From Balanoglossus misakiensis (lineage: Eukaryota > Animalia > Hemichordata), in NCBI GenBank assembly GCA_040954595.2, contig CM082580.2, positions 8,906,390-8,970,389 on the forward strand: DNA of 64,000 bases. The letters run 5' to 3'. Below the pieces are notes generated by a model. The model was given only the letters and a program-made list of their open reading frames with translations. It had not been told where the DNA came from and searched no databases. How positions within the stretch are numbered: position 1 is the first letter of the stretch; each line of letters begins with the position of its first letter. Positions 22,989 to 34,800 of this stretch are shown here, piece by piece. Made by a program: the position numbers and the translations under genes.

Positions 22989-23257
22989 CCGAAATTCCCA
23001 CTTCAGACACGTTGTAATTACGCTCGATTGAAATCGGCCGTAAGTTCGCTGAAGGAGACAGTGACTTTATAATGGAGAGAGTTGAGGGGTGAGCAATAAT
23101 CAGAGCGCGGGCACGTATAGGCCATACTACCGCATTACTCTAGGCGTTAGATTGGTTTCGTTATCGTTTCAGCCATAGACAATAGAAAAGTGTCAACCGA
23201 CGTTGTCGTTCCGACGACATCGACGTAATTACCCTAAACTGGAATGGGGTTTTTCCC
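22989..23257 (-). promoter_or_regulatory. kappaB-like and IRF-like sites upstream of DD gene 3
   Basis: GGGAATTTCGG (minus strand, 22999-22989), CTGAAACGATAACGAAACC (minus strand, 23172-23154) and GGGGTTTTTCCC (23246-23257). Confidence 0.4.
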
Positions 23258-24328
23258 ACAGCTCTGCGTGACGCGTGGCGATGACCGCTCATTTGGCCTT
23301 ACACACGCCAAGCAATGCTGTGTTTCCACAGCTATAAAAGTCATCCATCGTCATCATGATCGGCAAAACGTTACTAACGGATAAACGGGCCCATGTACAA
23401 CTACCTGTACATCGTACACGTGCGGCGTCATTGGTTACCTTTACTTCCGGGTTCCATGTTTGCGCCATGATTTGGCAAGAACCCAATGAGAGGCAGGCAG
23501 CGAGAGTCATGTTTGCGACGAATCAAATGCACCCGTCCTTCCCCAAATCATTTTTAAACAGTAACCACGGTGTAATTTACCTACCAGTCAACAGACCATT
23601 ATTTTCTCACCGGATTATCAGCTTCTCAAGTTCTGCGCCCGGCGATGGCGGAGGTCGTTTGCATGCCCACATACACAGTTCCTCGAAACATGAACACACG
23701 TTTGTCTGTTGGTAGTTTCTTCTTGACGCATGCGCAATAAGAACAAATCATTCTGTACATTCTTGGGATCCGACCTTTCACCTGGTTTGGGTTATTCACA
23801 CAACTCCGATAAGAAAATGTCAACTCAATAACCGACTAATGACGAGTATTGATGAAAGAACCACGGGAATGAATGATTCAAATTAACAAACTAAGTGTAG
23901 TACGGGCCAAAATTCTAACAAAACGACCGTTGCGATAAAACTGTTTTGATGAACTTGGCGACCGGGTCTTCAGATCCTTTATAGAATCCGATTATGTTGA
24001 TGAATTATATATTTTATAGGCGATTGTGCGACAGGTTACCCGGGTCCGAGATGACCTTTGTCGTAGTTGACGTGTCGCGGCAGGTTCTTCCAGCTATAGT
24101 GACCTGAACACACTGCCTGACATTATTAATAAAGAACAGCACAAGCAATGGGTAACTTCATGCAATATTGAGATACTGGGATAGTTTATTCTATATAAAG
24201 AATATGTACACAGTAATCAGAATGTCTAACTCTTCAGGAGACAAACTGTACTATTCAAAGGAAAGTAAATCGCAATATACGCACTATCAACAAAGCAAGA
24301 GATTTTTTAACAATATCGTAGACTTCAT

Positions 24329-26581
24329 TCAGTCGCCGAGGAAGGCCTTGCCCGCATTTGCAACTACCGCTTCACCCGTTGGGTCTTTTAGTTTCTGAGA
24401 TATCATAGCGGTAATGTTATCAGACGATTGGTACAAGAGCTTCGGCGTCTCGTCTTCGATGACCTGCACCAGCACCTTGGCCGCCTCCTCGGAAGTGATG
24501 GCGTTGCCGGCGCTGATGTCCACAAACCTGTCTCTCCCGTCGCGGAAGTTTCGCATCAGCTGACCGGTTTTATCGTCTGCCTTGTTGTACTTGACCTTGG
24601 CGAACAGTTCTTCTTCTCGATCTCGTACGGGGGTTTCAACGGGACCATACTGAATAGTGCTTAAACTGTATGAAACAAAAATGCACATTATAACCACACG
24701 AACCATCTGAACTTAAGAGCAATCTGTTATGCATGCATACATAGATACATAATACATAATACATAATACATACATACATACATACATACATACATACATA
24801 CATACATACATACATACATACATACATACATACATACATACATACATACATACATACATACATACATACATACATACATACATACATACATACATGTACG
24901 AGGACATTCAGAGAGACTTACTGGACGTTGAATTTTCTCAGGCTCGGTGCAAGAGCTTCTGAAAATCCCTCAAGAGCGAACTTTGATGCAGAGTAAGCCT
25001 CCGTGAAGGGACCGGCTGTGGATAAAAGACATTTTCATGTAAAACGTCGATATTTGCTGTGTTAGAGCAGGACGTCATGCAGGAGGTGAGTACCAGGTAG
25101 TACACGTACACGCATTCTGCTGAGAATTTTACTCAACAGCGTTGATCAGAGTTTCTGCGTCTCAGCTTCTAATAGGCCTAATAACGCGGTTGTCTATATA
25201 CATATAGCATTGGTGTATCAATATACAGAATCACATACTGTAAGTACAGTTATCCGTACCAAATTTGACGAAACTTTCCATGGGTCCCAACCACACGAAG
25301 TTGTTATCATTGTACGCATGTCAATTATTTGTCAATTAATAATGTTGCAATAAGTGATATATCTCCGACCGAATTGCAACGTTTTGAAACCTATTTCGAT
25401 CTCTCCATTTGGGCAGACGTTAATTGTTTATTTTCAACAGCAGGGCAGTCACACTGAAGATAATACCTACCACAGATTCCGAATAGACTGCTGACGTTGA
25501 CAATTCTTCCCGACCCCTGGTGTTTCATGAGTTGCACTATGGCTTGGATGGTGCGCACGGGGCCAAAGAAATTGGTCTCCATGGCACCGCGGATTTCATC
25601 CAGGGGAACTGTTTCAAAGATCCCCATATGCATCACTCCCGCGTTGTTAACTGCACAGACCAAGGTTGAGATATATAAAAAAAAAAATCAAATTAAAGTT
25701 CATTATATCACGCGATGAAGTAAAAAATTACAATTTGACGGAGTAAAGTCGTAAAGTCAAAATTTAGACCTATAAACGTTATCGGACGTCGCGCTTCCAA
25801 TTTGCTCGCAGCTGTCACGTGACTAGAACATAAACTCTTGATAAATGATTGTAGGGGAAGATGTACCATCTGTCCGTCATCAGCGTTTATGTATTTGCCT
25901 AAGAACCTAAGAAAATGCGTTGTCATCCTATACCTGGCTTTTACGTATACTAGTAAATCAGCCGACAGAAATGAAAACACTTCGCATTCTAGTGATGCAT
26001 GGGTAAATTACGAGAACAGATGGGAGTTCCACTTACTTTTCTACTGTTCTTTTTTAAACATAATTTTGACCGAGTTTTCGGGTTGAATTTCAGTGCAAAT
26101 ACAACTACATGTAGGTACAATAGCATCACCAAGGACCCTGACCACTTGTATTTGATAACTACAGATCGATGACCGGCAAATGGGTTTACTACAGCGTCCC
26201 AGATGTTAATAATTAATTCTCTTGTGTTTCTCGCTGAAACCACCCGAATAAAACTATTGCTGGAAACTGTTATTCGACAGCGAGAAACTGTGTTATTCGA
26301 CAACAGCACGACTTACCCAGGACATCTATTCTCCCGTCGTCTCTGATCAGCGTGGTGAAGAACTTATCAACTGAGTCGTCTTTGGTGACGTCCATTTCGC
26401 GGATAAACAGGGTCTTGTTAATCACGTCTTTCCCCATCTTTTCCAGTTCACCCTTCTTGCCCAGGTTCCTCATGGTTGCGTAGACCTTGTACGGTCTGTC
26501 CTTGGCCTTGGCCATGGTAACGGCGACGTTGAGGCCGATGCCCGAGGAACATCCCGTGATCACGACGATTTTCTTCGACAT
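24329..26581 (-). CDS. Short-chain dehydrogenase/reductase, RDH8/17beta-HSD1-like, paralogue A (4 exons)
   Basis: Exons approx. 26581-26317, 25650-25469, 25015-24921 and 24666-24329. Motifs: TGCSSGIG cofactor motif, VYATMR, VNNAG, NVSS, and the catalytic YSASK (EAYSASKFALEGFSE). Confidence 0.9.
24767..24895. repeat. (TACA)n microsatellite in SDR-A intron 3
   Basis: About 32 TACA/CATA units. Confidence 0.95.
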
Positions 26582-26894
26582 GTTCGGGAGACTGTACGCG
26601 TGTAACTGATAGAGCCTGCTGCCGGGTGTCCGTTGCAATGCCGTCTGGCGCTGTGTGATGACGTCCCGCACCACGAAGAGTAGTAGAAGCGTACTCTGAC
26701 CTTTCACAGCATTGCCACACGGTGCATCGTAAAACCAGTTTAGCACAATGCTTAACCCTTATCACTTGACATGCTTTGGGGTCTACTTGTTATCAGACCT
26801 TAACTGCTGGCTGCATTTATAGTATCGCTATGAACATCGCTGAGCATTGTTTAAAAAATAACACATGTGAGCACGAGGGATGATGGTCTCTGAC

Positions 26895-26945
26895 CATAAT
26901 ATTGATGATGCCCGAGCTGCAGGCGAGGGTATCATCAATATTATG
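26895..26945. repeat. Short inverted repeat/hairpin
   Basis: CATAATATTGATGAT-G-CCC / 13-nt loop / GGG-T-ATCATCAATATTATG forms a perfect 15-bp stem, extendable to 19 bp with one G.T pair. Confidence 0.8.
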
Positions 26946-27562
26946 CATGGTTAGAGCAGTTTTGCCTATATGGTATAGTACACTGGAACACGTGACAACT
27001 TTGTCTGCAGGGCTGTGTCTTTAGGGATGGTGGTGAACTTTGGTGAATCTGCGTCTTTAATCAACGGCAATAATGTCTCACTCGTATCAAGTTTGTCTTG
27101 CTTGGATATGAAGGTTTTACTTCCGTGGGTAGCAAGTGCCGAGTTGTGGGGATTACCCATGATGGAGAAAATAATGTCGGATTGACAAAAGACAGCACAC
27201 CTGAACTATTCTCTCACACATCAATTCGCCAGAGTAGAGAGTAACATCCGGGTACTTTATTACAACTGTACCTCTTGAGGGCGCTTGTCATATTCATCAG
27301 TACTATCCAATTCAATGGTTACGTTACTGCATGTTCGTTTGTATTACAATGAGATCACGATACTAGCAGCAAGTTTGTTTTTCACTAGGTTTAAACTTAC
27401 ACAAGGAGAGACAAGAGACAAGAAATTGACACTATTTGTGCAATATTTTAATTCTATAAAAAGCGCACTACACTCAGCTATGCTCAGTACAAAGCTAAAT
27501 AAACAATCATAAGCAAATTCACTATGACAATCTCTAAATACATACGTTTCAGGCGGCATTTC

Positions 27563-27958
27563 TATAACTTATTTGAATGATCCAGAGCAGTAATATTCCA
27601 TAAAAATGCGTGAAAAACAACATTGCTTACAGTATTACAATACTTAGTTAAAATCACTAGGTTGTTAGAAGAACATCAATAGTCTTGTTCTAACTCAACT
27701 GTCGACGAATAACAGTACATTTTCACCTATCAGAGTACTAGACATCACTGTACACTTTATATAACTTATTTGAATGATCCAGAGCAGTAATATTCCATAA
27801 AAATGCGTGAAAAACAACATTGCTTACAGTATTACAATACTTAGTTAAAATCACTAGGTTGTTAGAAGAACATCAATAGTCTTGTTCTAACTCAACTGTC
27901 GACGAATAACAGTACATTTTCACCTATCAGAGTACTAGACATCACTGTACACTTTATA
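27563..27958. repeat. Perfect 197-bp tandem duplication (2 copies)
   Basis: 27563-27759 is repeated at 27760-27956 with no differences seen by eye. TA/TATA microhomology at the junction. Confidence 0.9.
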
Positions 27959-28126
27959 GAGATAAGAACGTTAATTTTGTGGCTATACAGAACTATGTAA
28001 AAATGAGGTAAATGTTGTAGCTAATATCCTTTTAAAATCAATAGTATAATGAGACAGTCGCTATAAACTCAACTGTTCAGATAATGCTACACAACCATGC
28101 TACTGGTACATTGTAAGTCGCACTGT

Positions 28127-29347
28127 CTACTGAAGGTTTTCTGATACCATCTCGAAAGCAGGATTCTCACGGCAACCACAACTTGGATCACTGCCGGGGT
28201 TCGGTTGTCCGGTTTGGACGATTGCGGCGGTGGACGACTGTGTCATCTCTGGTCGAGCTTCCTCGCACGTCTCATGTGTTGGAACCGACGTTGCCGAGGG
28301 CAGAGACATCTCTGTAGATGCGCAGCCTCGTTTCTCGCGGGCGTTGTGTCGAGCGCCGCCGGCGATTGCCGCCCCTCGTACAACCTCTCTCTTCTGGCGG
28401 GTCCGGCAACGAAGGATGGCGGCAAACTCCCTGCGGAAGTTGCTGCCGAAGATGGCGTAAATGAAGGGGTTGATCCAACTGTTGGCTATGGAGACGGGTA
28501 TGGTGATCGGCCGGGAGATGTTGAAACTGAACTCTGTTATCAGGTGCACGTCGAAGTATAGTATTCTTGCTAAGTGCGTAGGAAACCAGCCTATCCCGAA
28601 CATCGTTACCACCACTATGAGCATCCTGGCCGCTCGTCGCTTGCGTCGTCTCGAGGCATCGTTCAGAGATCCTTTGAAGTACAACGCCGAGATGATCTTG
28701 GCATACAGTGTACCTATCACCAGCAGGGGCACGGGGTACATGAACACAAAGTTCATCAAGTTATACTTGGATGTCTCGTTCTGACAGCTAGTATAGGAAA
28801 TATTGTGTCCTCCAACTTCGACTGCCGTCGACACGATGCCATAGGTGAGCCGTGAGAAATTAACGGAATACACGAACGACGCTGACCATGTGAGCAGGAT
28901 CACCACCAGGGACTGAGCGACAGAGAGCCGTCGCTTCGTCGGGGTCACGATGGCACGATAGCGGTCGACGGCTATGCACAAGAGTGACAGAATTGTTGTG
29001 TTCAGGCTTGTCCATGAGATTGTCATCACGGAGACACACTGGAAATTTGTGTAGAGTCGAAGATTGCCAAACGAGCCCGCTAACTTCACGGGAAGGTAAA
29101 CGGCCCCAAACATAATATCTGCCACGGCAAGAGATGCGATGAAAAGATTTGCTGCCGATTTTTTGACTTTGTGCAGGCGGTAAACAGCGACCACGACCAG
29201 TGCGTTCCCGCCAACGATTAGAACAATACTGGCCAATAGAAAACCACCGAGAACCTTTCCCGCCGCTACGGCGTTCGTTGTTGGCTTGGTCAGGAGGTGA
29301 TCAAGATCTTCAAAGGTGTCGTTTCTCCCTTGACTGTCGGGCAACAT
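28127..29347 (-). CDS. Class A GPCR, neuropeptide-receptor-like, single coding exon
   Basis: 7 TM segments with GGNALV, SLAVAD, AVDRY, GWFP and NSWINPFIY..NFR. Likely start is MLPDSQGRNDT (N-glycosylation site) at 29347. The ORF extension to 29473 looks intronic or UTR. Confidence 0.88.
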   Translation of the reverse strand: MLPDSQGRNDTFEDLDHLLTKPTTNAVAAGKVLGGFLLASIVLIVGGNALVVVAVYRLHKVKKSAANLFIASLAVADIMFGAVYLPVKLAGSFGNLRLYTNFQCVSVMTISWTSLNTTILSLLCIAVDRYRAIVTPTKRRLSVAQSLVVILLTWSASFVYSVNFSRLTYGIVSTAVEVGGHNISYTSCQNETSKYNLMNFVFMYPVPLLVIGTLYAKIISALYFKGSLNDASRRRKRRAARMLIVVVTMFGIGWFPTHLARILYFDVHLITEFSFNISRPITIPVSIANSWINPFIYAIFGSNFRREFAAILRCRTRQKREVVRGAAIAGGARHNAREKRGCASTEMSLPSATSVPTHETCEEARPEMTQSSTAAIVQTGQPNPGSDPSCGCRENPAFEMVSENLQ

Positions 29348-31864
29348 TGCTAGATTTCTCACTTCTTGCACGGTACGATGTAATACAATGAAAGCTTGCC
29401 AGAATGTCAGAAAAGCACTTATATATACATGTACCGTAACTGCTTTGAAAAACGTAAACAACTTAGTGTGCACCCATTGGTTCCCTCAGGTCATATAAGC
29501 GAATAAACAGATCCAAGAAACAACCAGAAAAAATAACCATGGGGTCAGCCTTGAACCTCCGGATAATAAGCGCTCCATGCTGGCTTTCTATACACCCCTC
29601 AAGTTGGCCCAAAGTGACAAATTCAAGTCTAATTTGAAGAAAATCACCAAATTTGTGTTGAGGGTCAAATCCAAGAATGCTGTCACTCATCTTTTGTGTC
29701 ATTGTTGGATACAGCATCTCAATATCTACCACAGAACTTCTTTTAACGATCAAACCAATCAGCTTTCAGAGAATCCGCATCACTACTTTTTATGCTAATA
29801 GCCTGTGTCACACATTGAAGTCCCGGTTGCATGCTGCACAGTATCTCCGGAGTTGTGAAATATGCAAACCATATTAGCTGGAGCAAATGGTATAATGTTA
29901 CTTGACAAGTACGATATGTTTCTCTTGTCTTAAAGATTACACCAGAAGTTGCAATGCATTTTACCTAATTTGAAAAACAATGAAGGTATGATGCTAAACC
30001 CCCACTTCCATTTGTTGTTGATTTTATGTATATTGTATGTCAATGAATTTTAAATAAAATCATAAGGGGGCACAGGGTGTACCCATGCCACTTTATCAGT
30101 TAGGTCTCAAATATAGTGCAAAATGCTGAGTAAGCACTTTTCTCGCACTCCTAATGCTATAGTTTTCCTGTGGTGAAAATATCTGAACAACTCTATCAAC
30201 AGTCAAGCACGGTGATATTGTGTCTTCTTTATATCAGTTAATAATACCCCTCTTTTGGCAGCTTATAGAAAAGCTTCAAGAAAATGCATGACAATATTGT
30301 AAAAAAAATTCTCGAAATTCTACACGAATTAATAACTGTGGAATGTGATAACCATGCACTGTATCTATGGGTAGTCATATGCCTAGACAGCATTTCCCCG
30401 TGTATACATGATAATATTAAACTGTTATATTTTGCGATACCGGTAATTGATCTGCGATTTTCGGAATATCGATAGGTATGATCACATGTTTGTACAGAAT
30501 ATTTAGAATTACTTTGTATACGACAGTCTCTCTAAAAGCACGCAGGCAGCACGCAAAACAGACAAAACCGCGCTGTGCAACACTACAACAGAATATTGTA
30601 ATTTTATCCATTATATGAATGTGAATGAAAAATACCAAGAAAATCATTCTCCACTGCACATGCCCGCATGTGAAATTTTTGATCAAAGTTTCAATGGGAA
30701 AACACACTTGAGAGTTGATACAGATAATTAGCTTTGTTAAAAAAACTACCCTAAACAATTTCAAAGTACCACGAGGCATGATGTGTACAGTACAAAAGAA
30801 TCAGAAAATTACACCGTGCAGTGTTAAAAAGACTTGCAGCACAACACTTTGATTTTGCCGAATTTCGCCTCAGCACTTGCTTGCATATGGGACTTTTATC
30901 ACCTTGCCAAGAGAAAATACAATTTTTATAGATTATTAACTTCGTTAAAAACAAAAGTCGAGATAATTCACAGTGTTATAAGCCACAGCGTGTACATACC
31001 AAAAGAAGATGTCGTGCAAAGATTAAAAAACCGACACAATCCTTCGATTTTGACCACGTTTGAAAGTGACTCAGTCATTTTAAAAACTGACCGCCTTTTC
31101 CTGAGCTGTGTTTGGTATTGTAGGTTCAAGTCCTGCTTTCATATATCACATGAAAGAGAATGGAGTAGAACAAATAATTCGCTGCTGTGTGGTTGAATAT
31201 ATGCCAAAAGTCTCCAGAATGAAGCATGGGTTGGGCGAGTGTGCCCTCCAAGCCCATATGACGCGCCACTCAGGATTGACTCAAAAAACTCACTGTTGAC
31301 CCGAGAAAATCATCCACACTACATGCAAAGGTATAGGACCGACTCTAGAAATTTCAAGAAATCCTCAAATTGACTCAAAGCTCTTGAGCATTATGCTTGT
31401 TAGAGGGCACACGACTTGGGCCTTCAACTTTTTGGGCGACTTTACACGGATTTTTGGTGAGCTGGGTTTGACGATAATCATGCCAGATAGTTTGCACAGA
31501 TCAAATTGATCTGTGAGTGCCATGATGAGCGTGGACCTGTATGGAGCACGTTGGTCACGTACCTCTCATTTAATATCAACGGTTCATAATGTCACAATTG
31601 CGGCGAACCCATTCCAGAAGATAAAAAGAGCCCGACTGATTCCAGATAAAATGTTATTTTTCCTCAAGAATATCACCTATCTATAATATTCATAAAATTG
31701 CATCGTATGAATTTTAAAACAATTCGTTCGCTTGTAAGAGTCATCGGTACGATGGCGGCGCTTTCAACATGGCCGCCGAGGCCTTTCAGAGTAACAGTTG
31801 CTTGGCAATTCTGCTCGTGTAGTTTGTAAATAAATTCACAGCGCCATCAGAAATGACGACCTGT

Positions 31865-34800
31865 TCACGATCTGCAACAAATAGCCACGGCATAGGCGGC
31901 CTCGTCGTCCATTCCGTTCCGAGCGAAGCACTTGTTGTCGAAGGACTGGGCTCCCGATGCATTGCCACCCCAGGTGTATGAATTGCAGCCTGTCAAATGC
32001 CACCCCTCTTCACAGGTCGCATGGGTCTGAAACAAAGCATGGACAATATTGCTCAATTTAATTCCGCTTTCATATTTAATTGCATCCTGTACCCCCCAAA
32101 ATTAATTTAAACAAAATAGATTCCGACAATGAAGTATTCGAGCATGATAAGTACTGAGTATGTAACGGTTATGGTTGACACTTCAAAATTTCCTTCGAAG
32201 TCTCGCAATGACCGGAAGTTCACCTATTGCCAAAAAGCTTCCGTGAACAGGAAGTGGCGCCATTTTATATGCGCAGTAACTCACCGTGCTACCCCTGCCA
32301 AGGGCAGATCTGGCCGACCATACTGATTTGCAGTCCAAATTGCTTGCTCTGCAACAGTTAGCCTGCGCCCTCACACCTACGCCACCAGGTGAATTCTGAC
32401 CAATGCAAGTGTGGAATGGAAGGGTGGCGAAGATGGATATACGATTGCTGGCCGGTCTGGCGCCGCCAATTATGTGACCCGTGGTGTAAGCGCTGCAACC
32501 TATAAGCAGAACAAGAAAAATCGATACGCATATTAATACAAATTTAGGGTTTGACAAAAATCGTCGTACAGTTACCATGATTTAGAATGTATTATTCAAA
32601 GACAAGTGAACGAGTCAAAATTTGGCAAAATGTCAACAATATTTAGTTTTTTTCCCAACCTGACAAAGTGTATCCCTGGCTGTTATCACACTTGGCATGA
32701 ACCCTTGCGTTGTCTTCGGTCGAGGATGTTTGTGACGTTTCTGTGTGACACGTCATGCCATGCCAGAGACAGCAGCGAGCAACCGCGTATACCCCCATAC
32801 CGCCACCGTCACCGTTTACAGCTCGGCACACATTGACGCCGTTGTCGATCTAAAAAGAAGGAAGGGTGATAAGTTCAGGCAGTGGTCTTAGATTTGAGCA
32901 GAAGTTTTCTTTGGTACGCCCACTTGTCACTGCCACTATACATGTACTAGTATTTCTAACCTAATCAAACCAAACCAATTTTCATATCAAAAACCATCCA
33001 GCAGAAAACTGAATATTGTGAAAACAACCACTTCGAAGAAATAGTGTTGATGTTTTCTCGATGTGAATATCGATTGGTTCATATCGTGCCCACAAATCCA
33101 ACCTTATCATGCATGAACATTCTTTAATCGGCCAACAATAATGCAACCAATCAAATGGCAGAAGACAGCCACGCTGCCACACTCCGACCAATCAATGTAG
33201 AACATGTGTACTACTCACTTCTATGTATTCACCGGCTCTGTTGTTGTCGTCGGCGAGACTCGAGCAACTGGTCATGGTCTCTCCCGTGGAGCATGACACC
33301 TGGGTGGTCGATCCAGCAAGCCAATCAGACAGCGGCGACCAAACCGTTCGGCAGAAAGGTTCGTTACTTGCTGCAAAATGTGAAGTTTTAGTCATTGAAC
33401 TTGAGGGTAATTAACAAATAACAAATCAACCCAAGGAATAACGATTAACATCAGTCGCGATAAAAGGTACCATAAAAATTGCAACGCATCAGTCTTGCTT
33501 TCTCACTCTGTTTACACAGCAGGTAAGATCTGGCTATACGCAATGACGCACATCTTGCGATCAGCTGCTGTGATAAACCATTAAACTCACCTAAATTGGA
33601 CACCTGGGGCAGGTACAGCAATTTGTTTGGAGTGAGTGGTTTAGCGACATTTGGAAGGAGATCAAAGCTTATCTTGTCACGTGACGCCAGCTGCAAAAGT
33701 TCGCTCCGAACCTGGACAGGCGTGTACCCAGGGTTCTTCTGTAGGAGTATGGCCGCGGCACCTATAGGTATGAGACGAAAATGTTCAATCGGAATGAATA
33801 ACATGAACATGTAAATCGGAACAAAGGTCAACAACTGAAACACATTTGGAATGGAAGAAACCACTGGTATGAAAACCGAAGAGAAGACGTATCAATATTG
33901 AAGGTGTGCAAGAACCCAAGAAACTCTGACGTACCCACAACATGGGGTGCTGCCTGTGACGTTCCACTCAGAACGTGGTAACAATCGTCGCAGTTGTTCG
34001 AAGCGCTGTGGATGTGCTGCCCGGGCGCGAAGATGTCCACGCACCCGCCAAAATTTGACCCGAATCCCTGGAAGTCGTAGACTGTGTCATCGTTCTTGGT
34101 TCCGCCAACGGTGATAACCTGTAAGTTTTGAGATAGAAGTCACGATAGTTGAATGTGAAAATTAAAAAAATACCACGACCGACAGATTCTGTCTAAACAT
34201 TTTCACAGGGTCTAAAGTGTGATTTTAGCATACCAAGTGGAAACGAGACACAGATTCCATTTTCCTTACCTCTGGTTCGGAAGCTGGGGAGTAACGACAC
34301 GCGTCCTTCTTGTAGTTGCCAGCTGCGGCGATGACAACGGCGCCCTCGTCGACCAACTTCTTTGTGGCTGCGTTGACGGTCTGCGTAAATTGGCCGGCCA
34401 GCGACATGCCCACGATGGCTTTCTTGTTCGGCGTCGATCTGACCTTATCCAAAATCCAGTTCAGTCCTGCACAGACGTGAATTAAATGTGTCAGAAGTTA
34501 TGCTGCAGTTATCATTATTTTGTTGAAATAAAATAGCCTGATTTTTTTTTTATTTTCACTGGTCATGCTCCTTTCAATGTTACGTGTTCTCACCTGCCAA
34601 AATGTCTGACGCATAGCCGTTGCCCTGGCAATCCAAGACCCGCACACTGACCAGATTCACTCCTTTTGCCACGCCGGACTTCTTTCCTCCAATGATGCCT
34701 GCTACGTGGGTTCCATGGCCGTCGCAGTCGGCTCCCTGAAGAGTCAAAACAGTTGTTACCTCTGGTCGTTCCCGCGGCTAACATAATGTATCATGGGCCC

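Noticed and set aside
27563-27958. Possible CRISPR-like repeat-spacer array
   Set aside because: Only two contiguous long copies, no spacers and no cas genes, in a eukaryotic context.
29348-29473. N-terminal ORF extension of the second GPCR
   Set aside because: AT-rich with an acceptor-like tract, so probably intron or 5' UTR. The Met at 29347 followed by a glycosylation sequon is the more plausible start.
29500-31450. Possible decayed transposon sequence upstream of the second GPCR
   Set aside because: No TIRs, TSD or transposase/RT motifs could be identified.
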